A stretch of DNA of 64,000 nt from Brevibacterium atlanticum (lineage in GTDB: Bacteria; Actinomycetota; Actinomycetes; Actinomycetales; Brevibacteriaceae). Location of the stretch: positions 1,910,503 to 1,974,502 of the forward strand of contig NZ_CP050152.1 in assembly GCF_011617245.1 (NCBI RefSeq), given 5' to 3'. Shown piece by piece: positions 19,437-28,270 of this stretch. Made by a program: the position numbers and the translations under genes. Positions within the stretch are counted from its first letter, which is position 1; every line of letters begins with the position of its first letter. Under the pieces are notes generated by a model, which was not told where the DNA came from, ran no database searches, and worked only from the letters and a program-made list of their open reading frames with translations.

Positions 19437-20573
19437 ATGGCGCCCCTGGACCGAATTCCGACCGAGAATCCGCCGGCCACCTCGACGGTCTGGATGAATC
19501 CTGCCCGAGTGATCGCGATCGTCGCCGTCGTCGCCATCCATTCCCTCGGCACCATCGTCGAGACGAACTTCGCGGATATGGGCCCGGACTGGTGGCTGGC
19601 GAACGTTCTCGACTCCGCCTGCCGGTGGTCCGTGCCCGTCTTCATCATGGTCTCCGGCGCGTTGGCGTTGGATCCCGAGCGCGGAAACAAGCCGCGGAAG
19701 TTTCTGTCCAAGCGTGTCTGGCGAATCGGCATCCCGCTCGTCTTCTGGACGCTGGTGTATGTGCTCTTCCGCCGCTTCTACCTCCAGCCGGACAGCGACT
19801 GGAATCCCGGGATCGCGATCCTCACCGGTTCGCCGTTCGTCCAGCTCTACTTCCTCTACGTGCTCGCGGGCCTGACCCTGCTCACCCCGTTCTTCCGGCT
19901 GCTCAGCGTGCACGGCTCTCGACGCCTGCAGTGGGGCACGGGCCTGATCTTCCTCGGCATCGGGATGCTCGACCAGTGGGTGTCGATGATCTTCGACGTC
20001 GGTGAGGCCAATATCGCCACACGGTTCCTGCCCATGGCCGGTTTCTACATCCTCGGGTGGGTGCTGCGCGACATCGTCCTGTCGGTGCGCGGGGCAGTGC
20101 TCGCCTGGCTTGCTCTGCTCGCCGCGATCACGGGCACCGCCGTGTGGGCGGGACTCGGTCCCGGAGACAAACCGTGGATGTTCCCCTATGAGTATCTCGC
20201 CCCCGGCGTCGTCGTCTCGTCGCTGGCGGCCTATCTGCTGCTGCACTTCCATCTGCGTCGCGGATTCGGTCTGCTGCACCGCTTCTACCCGTATTCCTTC
20301 GGTGTCTTCCTCCTCCATCCGCTCATCCTCTACCCCGTGCGCAATCACATGGGACTGCCGACGACGATTCCCGGGGTCCTGCTCCATGCCGTCGTCATGC
20401 CGCTTGCGTACGCGCTCGTGTGCGCGGCGATCACCTGGGTGGCCGTGAAGATACCCGGCGTCCGCGCGGTCTTCGGCGAGGGTGGACCGCGCAATCCACA
20501 CTCCCGGCCCAGGGCACCACTGATGCGGCGTCGATCCGCGGAACCCGCCGCGCAGCTGCAGGAGGACTCGTAG
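19437..20573 (+). CDS. Acyltransferase family 3 (OafA/YrhL-like) integral membrane protein
   Basis: 10-11 TM helices and an N-terminal conserved R...IAIVAVVAIH motif. Start uncertain (alternative ATG at 19494). Confidence 0.55.
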   Translation: MAPLDRIPTENPPATSTVWMNPARVIAIVAVVAIHSLGTIVETNFADMGPDWWLANVLDSACRWSVPVFIMVSGALALDPERGNKPRKFLSKRVWRIGIPLVFWTLVYVLFRRFYLQPDSDWNPGIAILTGSPFVQLYFLYVLAGLTLLTPFFRLLSVHGSRRLQWGTGLIFLGIGMLDQWVSMIFDVGEANIATRFLPMAGFYILGWVLRDIVLSVRGAVLAWLALLAAITGTAVWAGLGPGDKPWMFPYEYLAPGVVVSSLAAYLLLHFHLRRGFGLLHRFYPYSFGVFLLHPLILYPVRNHMGLPTTIPGVLLHAVVMPLAYALVCAAITWVAVKIPGVRAVFGEGGPRNPHSRPRAPLMRRRSAEPAAQLQEDS

Positions 20574-20632
20574 ACTGAAACGCGACACCAGGTCGCCCGC
20601 GCGACCGGACACCGCGAAGAAGGAGAACACAG

Positions 20633-21388
20633 ATGGAGACTCTCAGGGCAGTCGTCACGGGTGCCAGCTCAGGCATCGGTGCGGCCACGGTGCGGCAGCT
20701 GCGTGAACGAGGATGGGACGTTGTGGCCGTGGCCCGACGTGAGGACAGGCTCAAGGCCCTCGCCGAGGAGACCGGAGCCGACTACATCGTCGCTGACCTC
20801 ACCGATGACGCCGCCGTGGCAGCCATGGCCGAGCAGGTCCTGGCCGGGGGAGCAGTGCACTCACTCGTCGCGAATGCCGGTGCCGCATTCGGCACCGACA
20901 CCGTGGCCGAGGCCTCCGTCGACGGATGGCGGGACATGTTCGAGATCAACGTGCTCGGCGTCCTCCGGACGGTCAAGGCGCTCCTGCCCGCCCTCATCGA
21001 GTCCGGTCGCGGAGACATCGTCGTGATGTCCTCGACCGCCGGACACCAGGCCTACGAAGGCGGAGGCGGCTACGTCGCGGCCAAGCACGGTTCGCACTCG
21101 ATGGCGGCGACACTGCGCCTCGAACTCGCAGGCGAACCCGTGCGCGTCATCGAGATCGCCCCCGGAATGGTCGCCACCGACGAATTCAGCGTCAAACGCC
21201 TCGGCGGCGACGCATCGAAGGCGGCGAAGGTCTACGAGGGCGTCGAGAAGCCGCTGACCGCCGAGGACGTCGCCGATGCCGTGGTCTACACCCTGACTCG
21301 GCCACACCACTTCAACGTCGATCTCATGGTCATCCGACCCATCGCGCAGGCAGCTCAGCACAAGGTGGCACGCAACAAGGGGCTGTGA
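20633..21388 (+). CDS. SDR-family short-chain dehydrogenase/reductase
   Basis: TGASSGIG Rossmann motif and YVAAK catalytic motif. AAGGAG RBS. Confidence 0.8.
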   Translation: METLRAVVTGASSGIGAATVRQLRERGWDVVAVARREDRLKALAEETGADYIVADLTDDAAVAAMAEQVLAGGAVHSLVANAGAAFGTDTVAEASVDGWRDMFEINVLGVLRTVKALLPALIESGRGDIVVMSSTAGHQAYEGGGGYVAAKHGSHSMAATLRLELAGEPVRVIEIAPGMVATDEFSVKRLGGDASKAAKVYEGVEKPLTAEDVADAVVYTLTRPHHFNVDLMVIRPIAQAAQHKVARNKGL

Positions 21389-21399
21389 GTCCTCTCCGC

Positions 21400-21742
21400 T
21401 CCACTGAGGCCGTCCGCCGACCATCACCGGAGACCACTCGGTGTCGAAACAGCACAGCCCCTGCCGAGTGGTCTCCGGCGGAGTCGACGGTATACGATTG
21501 GAGTGCGTCGATCCGGCCATCACCGGGGAGCATCCGGAAGAACGGGTCCACGGCTGCACACGACCGCCTCGGCGGACGAATGCGCCGCGACCTCAGTAGA
21601 ACCGGACGGGTGGACCCGTCAGCGTCCTGAGAATGAGCGATCCACGGCACGGCCCCATCGGGGCGGGCTGCGGATAAGCGAGGTGGTACCGCGGCAACTG
21701 TCGTCCTCGTGACAGTGACCGCAGTGACCCAGAAGGACGCTC
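21400..21742 (+). promoter_or_regulatory. T-box riboswitch leader of ileS (translational, SD-sequestering type)
   Basis: Conserved T-box sequence AGGTGGTACCGCGG at 21681-21694. Downstream CGTCCTC (21702-21708) can pair with the ileS SD GAAGGACG. Upstream GC-rich stem I candidates at 21425-21480. Confidence 0.55.
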
Positions 21743-24700
21743 ATGACCCAGCCTCTCTATCCCAAGGTTTCGACCTCGGCCTTCGGCCTCTCCAGTTCTC
21801 CGAACTTCCCAGCCATCGAAGATGCCGTGCTGGCCTACTGGCAGGAGGACGACACCTTCACAGCCTCGATCGACCAGCGCGATCCCGGTGAGAACGGCGA
21901 GAACGAGTTCGTCTTCTACGACGGCCCTCCCTTCGCCAACGGCCTGCCCCACTACGGTCATCTGCTCACCGGCTACGTCAAGGACGTCGTTCCCCGCTTC
22001 CAGACGATGCGCGGGAAGAAGGTCGACCGCCGCTTCGGCTGGGACACGCACGGACTGCCTGCCGAGCTCGAGGCCGAACGTCAGCTGGGCATCACCGACA
22101 AGTCGGAGATCGGCCGTATGGGTCTGGCCGCCTTCAATGACGCCTGCCGCTCCTCCGTGCTGCGCTACACGAAGGAGTGGGAGGAATACGTCACCCGTCA
22201 GGGTCGCTGGGTCGACTTCGACAACGATTACAAGACGCTCAATGTCGAATACATGGAAAGCGTCATCTGGGCCTTCAAACAGCTCTGGGACAAGGGGCTG
22301 GTGTACGAGGGGTACCGCGTCCTGCCCTACTGCTGGAAGGACGAGACACCGCTGTCGAACCATGAGCTGCGCATGGACGACGATGTCTACAAGATGCGTC
22401 AGGACCCGGCAGTGACGGTCGGCTACAAGCTCACCGACGCCGATGAATGGGTCCTCATCTGGACCACCACACCATGGACCGTGCCCTCGAACCAGGCCGT
22501 GGCCGTCAACCCGGACATCCCGCTCGTCGCGGTCGTTGCCGATGAGGACGGTGCTGAGGAGCTCCAGGGCAAGACCCTCATCCTCGCGCAGGCCCGCCTC
22601 GGCGCCTACGCTCGCGAACTCGGCGAGAACCCGCAGGTGCTGCGCACCTTCCCAGGCAGCGAACTCGTCGGCCGCTCCTACGAACCTCCGTTCGGATACT
22701 TCGAGGGCCGTCAGGAGGAGTTCGGCGAGCGGATGCACACGATCCTCGCCGCGGACTTCGTCACCGTCGAGGACGGCACCGGCATCGTCCACCAGTCACC
22801 TGCCTTCGGTGAGGAGGACAAGGAACTCACCGACTCCTACGGCATCACCGCCGCGCGCCCCGTCGACGATGCGGGACGCTTCGACTCGACCGTGCCCGAC
22901 TACGCCGGTGAGCAGGTCTTCGACGCGAACAAGGCGATCATCAAGGACCTGCGCAACCACACCGGACCGGTCTCCGGCCGCAACGCCCTGCTCGTCCGCC
23001 ACGAATCCTACGAGCACTCCTACCCGCACTGCTGGCGCTGCCGCAACCCGCTGATCTACCGTGCGGTGTCGTCCTGGTTCGTTCGCGTCACGGAGTTCAA
23101 GGACCGGATGGTCGAACTCAACGAGCAGATCAACTGGGTGCCCGACAACGTCAAGCACGGCCAGTTCGGCAAGTGGCTCGAGAACGCCCGCGATTGGTCG
23201 ATCTCCCGCAACCGCTTCTGGGGCTCTCCCATCCCGGTGTGGATCTCCGACGACCCGTCCTACCCGCGCACCGATGTCTACGGCTCCCTGGCCGAGATCG
23301 AGGCCGACTTCGGTCGCCTCCCCCTCAACGACGACGGCGAGGTCGACCTGCACCGTCCGTGGGTCGACGACCTCACCCGGCCGAATCCGGACGATCCCAC
23401 CGGTAAGTCCGCGATGCGCCGCATTCCGGAGATCTTCGACGTCTGGTTCGACTCGGGGTCGATGAGCTACGCCCAAGTGCACTATCCGTTCGAGAACTCC
23501 GAATGGTTCGACAACCACTTCCCGGCCGACTTCATCGTCGAATACGTGGGTCAGACCCGCGGCTGGTTCTACCTGCTCCACGTGCTCGCTACGGCGATCT
23601 TCGACCGCCCCGCGTTCACGAACTGCATCTCCCACGGCATCGTGCTCGGCTCCGACGGGCAGAAGATGTCGAAGTCGCTGCGCAACTACCCCGACGTCAA
23701 CGAGGTGTTCAACCGCGACGGCTCGGACGCGATGCGCTGGTTCCTCATGGCCTCGTCGATCCTGCGCGGCGGCAACCTCGTCGTCACCGAACAGGGCATC
23801 CGCGACGGCGTCAGGCAGGTCGTGCTGCCCCTGTGGAACACGTGGCAGTTCTTCGCGACCTACTCCAACGCCGCCGACGGCCCCGACGGTGAGCAGTCCG
23901 GCTATCAGGCACAGCCCCGATACGACTCCACCCAGGTCCTCGACCGGTACCTGCTGGCGAAGACCCACGACCTCATCGCCGAGTTCGCCGAAGCGATGGA
24001 GGGCCTCGACATCTGGGCCGCCTGCGAACTCGTCCGCAGCTACCTCGACATGCTCACGAACTGGTATGTGCGCCGCTCGCGCCGTCGGTTCTGGGACGGG
24101 ACGGCTGACACGCACGAGTCCTTCGACGTGTTCTTCACCTGCCTCGAGGCCTTCTGCCGCGTCGCCGCCCCGCTGCTGCCGTTCACGATCGAAGAGATCT
24201 ACCGCGGGCTGACCGGGCAGCGCTCCGTCCACCTCGCCGACTACCCCGACGCCGAGGCGTTCCCCGCCGATGCCGATCTCGTCGCGGCCATGGACCTCAC
24301 TCGCGACATCTGCTCGACGGCGTCCTCGGTGCGCAAGGCCAACCAGCTGCGTGTGCGCCTGCCGCTGGCGAGCCTGACCGTGGCCACGGACACCGACCTC
24401 GGTGAGGACTTCACGACGATCATCGCCGATGAGCTCAACGTCCGCACCGTCGATGTCCTCGATGTCGCCGAGGCCGAAGCCGCGGGGTTCTCGCTGTCGC
24501 AGAACCTCGTCGTCAACGCCCGCGCCGCCGGACCTCGCCTGGGCAAGCAGGTCCAGCAGGTCATCAAGGCCTCGAAGACAGGCGACTGGTCGGTCGCGGC
24601 CGACGGCACCGTGGTCAGCGGCGGAATCGAACTCCTCGACGGCGAATACACCCTTGAGGCCGTCGCCGAATCGGGCACCGACGGGATGGAGCTCGCCGCC

Positions 24701-25009
24701 CTCGACTCGGGATTCCTCGCGCTCGACACGCGGGTCACCCCGGAGCTCGAGGCCGAAGGCATGGCCCGCGACACCGTGCGCGCCGTCCAGGGCATCCGCA
24801 AACAGCTCGACCTGCACATCTCCGACCGGATCTCCGTGACGATCGAGACCACCCCCGAGGTGGCTGCTGCCCTCGAACCCCATGCCGACCTCATCGCGGG
24901 GGAGACCCTGACCACGTCGCTGACGTTCGGCTCGGCCGAGGGGGCCGGGGATCTCTTCGTCCCTGAGGAGCTGCCCGCGGGAACCCGTCTGGCGGTGGCT
25001 CGGGCATGA
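21743..25009 (+). CDS. ileS: Isoleucine--tRNA ligase (type 2)
   Basis: HYGH ([12 protein letters not shown]) and KMSKS motifs. 1088 aa with the eukaryote-like C-terminal extension typical of actinobacterial IleRS. Confidence 0.9.
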   Translation: MTQPLYPKVSTSAFGLSSSPNFPAIEDAVLAYWQEDDTFTASIDQRDPGENGENEFVFYDGPPFANGLPHYGHLLTGYVKDVVPRFQTMRGKKVDRRFGWDTHGLPAELEAERQLGITDKSEIGRMGLAAFNDACRSSVLRYTKEWEEYVTRQGRWVDFDNDYKTLNVEYMESVIWAFKQLWDKGLVYEGYRVLPYCWKDETPLSNHELRMDDDVYKMRQDPAVTVGYKLTDADEWVLIWTTTPWTVPSNQAVAVNPDIPLVAVVADEDGAEELQGKTLILAQARLGAYARELGENPQVLRTFPGSELVGRSYEPPFGYFEGRQEEFGERMHTILAADFVTVEDGTGIVHQSPAFGEEDKELTDSYGITAARPVDDAGRFDSTVPDYAGEQVFDANKAIIKDLRNHTGPVSGRNALLVRHESYEHSYPHCWRCRNPLIYRAVSSWFVRVTEFKDRMVELNEQINWVPDNVKHGQFGKWLENARDWSISRNRFWGSPIPVWISDDPSYPRTDVYGSLAEIEADFGRLPLNDDGEVDLHRPWVDDLTRPNPDDPTGKSAMRRIPEIFDVWFDSGSMSYAQVHYPFENSEWFDNHFPADFIVEYVGQTRGWFYLLHVLATAIFDRPAFTNCISHGIVLGSDGQKMSKSLRNYPDVNEVFNRDGSDAMRWFLMASSILRGGNLVVTEQGIRDGVRQVVLPLWNTWQFFATYSNAADGPDGEQSGYQAQPRYDSTQVLDRYLLAKTHDLIAEFAEAMEGLDIWAACELVRSYLDMLTNWYVRRSRRRFWDGTADTHESFDVFFTCLEAFCRVAAPLLPFTIEEIYRGLTGQRSVHLADYPDAEAFPADADLVAAMDLTRDICSTASSVRKANQLRVRLPLASLTVATDTDLGEDFTTIIADELNVRTVDVLDVAEAEAAGFSLSQNLVVNARAAGPRLGKQVQQVIKASKTGDWSVAADGTVVSGGIELLDGEYTLEAVAESGTDGMELAALDSGFLALDTRVTPELEAEGMARDTVRAVQGIRKQLDLHISDRISVTIETTPEVAAALEPHADLIAGETLTTSLTFGSAEGAGDLFVPEELPAGTRLAVARA

Positions 25010-26391
25010 GTGAGGAGGAGGCCACCCGCGCCGAACTCGCTCGGGTCTACGCCCTGCTGCTGGCCAGGGCAGGAGAGACTCAGGTCGAGCTGCGCCTCGA
25101 CGCCACCCGACGCGCATGCGAGGTCCTCGGCGACATCCACACGGCGGCTCCTGTCATCACGGTGACCGGAACGAACGGCAAGACGTCGACGGCTCGGATG
25201 CTCGACTCGCTGATCACCGCACACGATCTGCGGGTCGGCCGGTTCACCAGCCCCCACCTGCACTCGGTGACCGAGCGGATCTCCGTCGACGGCGCACCGG
25301 TGCCCGAGGCGACGTTCGTGCGGATCTATGACGAGATCGCTCCGTACCTCGACATCGTCGATGAGCAGCTGGAAGCCGAAGGACGAGCGAAGCTCACGTA
25401 CTTCGAGGCCCTCACCGTCCTCGCCTTCGCGGTCTTCGCCGACGCGCCCGTCGACGTCGTCGTCACCGAGGTGGGGATGGGCGGAGCATGGGATTCGACG
25501 AACGTCGCCGATGCTCAGGTGTGCGTGTTCACGAAGATCGGACTGGACCACCAGGCGTTCCTCGGAGACACGATCGAGGAGATCGCCGCCACCAAGGCCG
25601 GCATCCTCGATCGCAGCGTCGATCCCTCCCCGGCCCCGGCCCCCGTGGCGGTGAGCGCGGTGCAGGACGAGGCGGCGCAGACCGTGCTCGACGCCGAGGC
25701 GGCCCGACGTGAGGTCCCGCTGCTGAGCGAGGACCGGGACTTCCGACTCCTCGACCGGCAGCGCGCCGTCGACGGCCAGCTCATCACGGTGCAGGGGCGC
25801 CGGGACGTCTACTCCGACCTGTTCGTGCCCCTGCACGGGATCCACCAGGCACACAATGCCGCGGTAGCGATCGTCGCCGCCGAAGCGTTCCTCGGCGCCG
25901 AGGACAAGCCTCTCGACGCCGAAACGGTGGCCGAGGGCCTGGCACGGGTGACGTCCCCCGGACGGGCCGAGCTCGTGCGCACCGGACCGAGCGTCGTCGT
26001 CGACGGGGCGCACAACCCCGATGCGGCGCACGTGCTGGCCGACACCCTCGACGAGGCGTTCGACTTCGACTACGTCGTCATGGTCATGGCGATGCTCGGC
26101 GACAAGGACATCGGCGGAGTGCTCGAAGAGCTCCACCGCAGCGCCGACGTGTTCATCGTCAGCGAGACGCTCAGCGCTCGTGCGCTGCCGGCGGAGGAAC
26201 TCGCCGAGGCGGCCCGCGAGTGGGTCGATGAGGATTCCGTCATCGTCACCCCCGACCTCAACGCCGCATTGATGAAGGCCATCGATCTCGCGAACTCCGT
26301 CGACGCGAAGAGCCCGGGAATCGTCGTCACCGGGTCGCTCTACACCGTCGCCGAAGCCCGCCTGCTGCTCGGCAAGGGAGAGGACCAGTGA
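25006..26391 (+). CDS. folC: Bifunctional folylpolyglutamate synthase / dihydrofolate synthase
   Basis: Mur-ligase P-loop [13 protein letters not shown] overlap with the ileS stop. Synteny: valS...folC-DUF4233-ndk. Confidence 0.85.
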   Translation: MSEEEATRAELARVYALLLARAGETQVELRLDATRRACEVLGDIHTAAPVITVTGTNGKTSTARMLDSLITAHDLRVGRFTSPHLHSVTERISVDGAPVPEATFVRIYDEIAPYLDIVDEQLEAEGRAKLTYFEALTVLAFAVFADAPVDVVVTEVGMGGAWDSTNVADAQVCVFTKIGLDHQAFLGDTIEEIAATKAGILDRSVDPSPAPAPVAVSAVQDEAAQTVLDAEAARREVPLLSEDRDFRLLDRQRAVDGQLITVQGRRDVYSDLFVPLHGIHQAHNAAVAIVAAEAFLGAEDKPLDAETVAEGLARVTSPGRAELVRTGPSVVVDGAHNPDAAHVLADTLDEAFDFDYVVMVMAMLGDKDIGGVLEELHRSADVFIVSETLSARALPAEELAEAAREWVDEDSVIVTPDLNAALMKAIDLANSVDAKSPGIVVTGSLYTVAEARLLLGKGEDQ

Positions 26392-26753
26392 AGTCGAAGT
26401 ATCCCGTTCTGTGCGGATCGATCCTCATCTGCGAACTCTTCGTCGTCTATTTCGCCGTGCTCACGGCCTTCGGGCTGCAGGTGAAAGCGGCGCAGACGCT
26501 CACTCTCGGCCAGCTGCTCATCGGAGCCTCGGTCATCGCCGTGCTTGCGATCGTCGGTGTGGTCATGCTGCCGCGTCGCATCGGGCAGCGACGGCCAGGC
26601 GTGATCATCGGCTGGATCGTGCAGGTTCTGCTGCTGGCCTCGGGGTTCGTCGTCACGTCGATGTTCTTCGTCGCCGCCCTCTTCATCGCCCTGTGGGCGG
26701 TGGCGGTGTACTGGTCGGCGCGGATCGACCGTGAGGTCGCCGCACGCGAATGA
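26388..26753 (+). CDS. DUF4233-family small membrane protein (Rv2446c-like)
   Basis: 121 aa with 3-4 TM helices. Conserved position between folC and ndk. GTGA overlap with the folC stop. Confidence 0.6.
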   Translation: MKSKYPVLCGSILICELFVVYFAVLTAFGLQVKAAQTLTLGQLLIGASVIAVLAIVGVVMLPRRIGQRRPGVIIGWIVQVLLLASGFVVTSMFFVAALFIALWAVAVYWSARIDREVAARE

Positions 26754-26835
26754 CACCTGCTCACACCCGGTCAGTGCCGCCTCGGCGCCCGGGTAAACTG
26801 TGGACCGACGTCCACTCGAACTTGGAAGGACCGGA

Positions 26836-27249
26836 ATGGAACGCACTCTCATTCTCATCAAACCCGATGGGGTCGCCCGCGGACTCGTCGGGCAGATCGT
26901 CGCCCGTATCGAGGCCAAGGGCTACCGGATCGATGCGCTGAATCTGCGCACGGCCACGTCCGAGGAGCTGGCCGCCCACTACGCCGAACACGAAGGCAAG
27001 CCGTTCTACCAGCCGCTGGTCGATTTCATGTCGGAGGGCCCGATCGTCTCCATCATCGCCTCGGGGCAGGGTGTCATCCCCGGTTTCCGCTCGCTCGCCG
27101 GCGCCACCGACCCGACCTCGGCGGCGCCCGGCACGATCCGCGGCGACCTGGGACGTGACTGGGGAGAGAAGGTGCAGAAGAACCTCGTCCACGGCTCCGA
27201 CTCCGAAGAGTCCGCCGAACGGGAGATCGGCATCTGGTACCCCGCCTGA
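26836..27249 (+). CDS. ndk: Nucleoside diphosphate kinase
   Basis: MERTLILIKPDG..., NLVHGSD active-site His region. GAAGGA RBS. Confidence 0.9.
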   Translation: MERTLILIKPDGVARGLVGQIVARIEAKGYRIDALNLRTATSEELAAHYAEHEGKPFYQPLVDFMSEGPIVSIIASGQGVIPGFRSLAGATDPTSAAPGTIRGDLGRDWGEKVQKNLVHGSDSEESAEREIGIWYPA

Positions 27250-27260
27250 GACAAGCCGAA

Positions 27261-27302
27261 AAGCTGAGGGCGCCCCACCACGTGGTGGGGCGCCCTCAGC
27301 TT
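27261..27302. terminator. Perfect 19-bp palindromic hairpin; bidirectional terminator between ndk and the VKOR gene
   Basis: AAGCTGAGGGCGCCCCACCACGTGGTGGGGCGCCCTCAGCTT. Confidence 0.55.
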
Positions 27303-27321
27303 CTCCGCTTCGGTCAGCTGT

Positions 27322-27969
27322 TCAAATCAGGGTGGAGAAGAAGGACCAGAACTGGACGACGATGCAGGCGACAATGATGAGCATCCACAGCACCGACAAG
27401 GCGACGTTCTCCTTGGCCAGCACGCGCACGATCGGAGACTGCGCCGCACCCGAACCGAATCGTCCGGCGAGCACGTTGTGCGCGGTGACGGCGACGAACA
27501 TCGGGATCGTCACCGTCCATACGATGATGCACCAGGGACAGCCGACGCCGATCCGATAGATCGAGACGTAGAAGAGGAACATCACGAGGACCACGCCGAG
27601 GGCGAGTCCGATGTTGAGCCCGACCATCACCCATCCGGGCAGCTTCGTCCCGGCGAGGAGGAGGACTCCGAGCAGGAGCGGGAAGACGAAGGCGGCGATG
27701 CCCAGCAGCTGATTCGGGAAGCCGAAGAGTTCGGACTCCGGATGCTCCATGACCGAACCGCACGAGAAGAAGGGGTTGAGGTCGCAGGAGAGGACGACGT
27801 CGGGATGAGCGAGCTTGTCGTACTTCTCCGCCGAGAGTGAGAACGACGCGAGGAAGCCGATCACAGAGGCGACGATGAGGAAGATGCCGAAGGGAGCGCG
27901 TCGGAGCACCCACGCCGAGGCGGCCGATTCGGTTTCGACGTCGGCGGAAAGAGTCTGTTCACTGTTCAC
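27322..27969 (-). CDS. Vitamin K epoxide reductase (VKOR) family membrane protein
   Basis: Loop cysteines SCDLNPFFSCGS and active-site GCPWC within TM helices. GTG start. Confidence 0.75.
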   Translation of the reverse strand: MNSEQTLSADVETESAASAWVLRRAPFGIFLIVASVIGFLASFSLSAEKYDKLAHPDVVLSCDLNPFFSCGSVMEHPESELFGFPNQLLGIAAFVFPLLLGVLLLAGTKLPGWVMVGLNIGLALGVVLVMFLFYVSIYRIGVGCPWCIIVWTVTIPMFVAVTAHNVLAGRFGSGAAQSPIVRVLAKENVALSVLWMLIIVACIVVQFWSFFSTLI

Positions 27970-28270
27970 CCCTCAAGAATGCCTGCCCACGACCCGAGCG
28001 GCAAACCCCGCCCCGGCGACACCTCAGCGGAAGCGGACATGTGTGACATAATGGGATGACGGATACCTGCTCTCACACCGAGCAGGAGAAGTGCCTCCAC
28101 CGAGTCGAGGGTACGACCTCGCAGGTCGACAACAAGATGAGGCAGCACCGAAGGCCTACGCGCTGAGCGCGAGCCGGACGTGCCATCCACAAGTTTCGGT
28201 CCGTCCGAGGACCATGCAAGGATCCGAAGATCCGTACGGTGTGGACGGCGTCTTCGGACTGGGAGAAACG

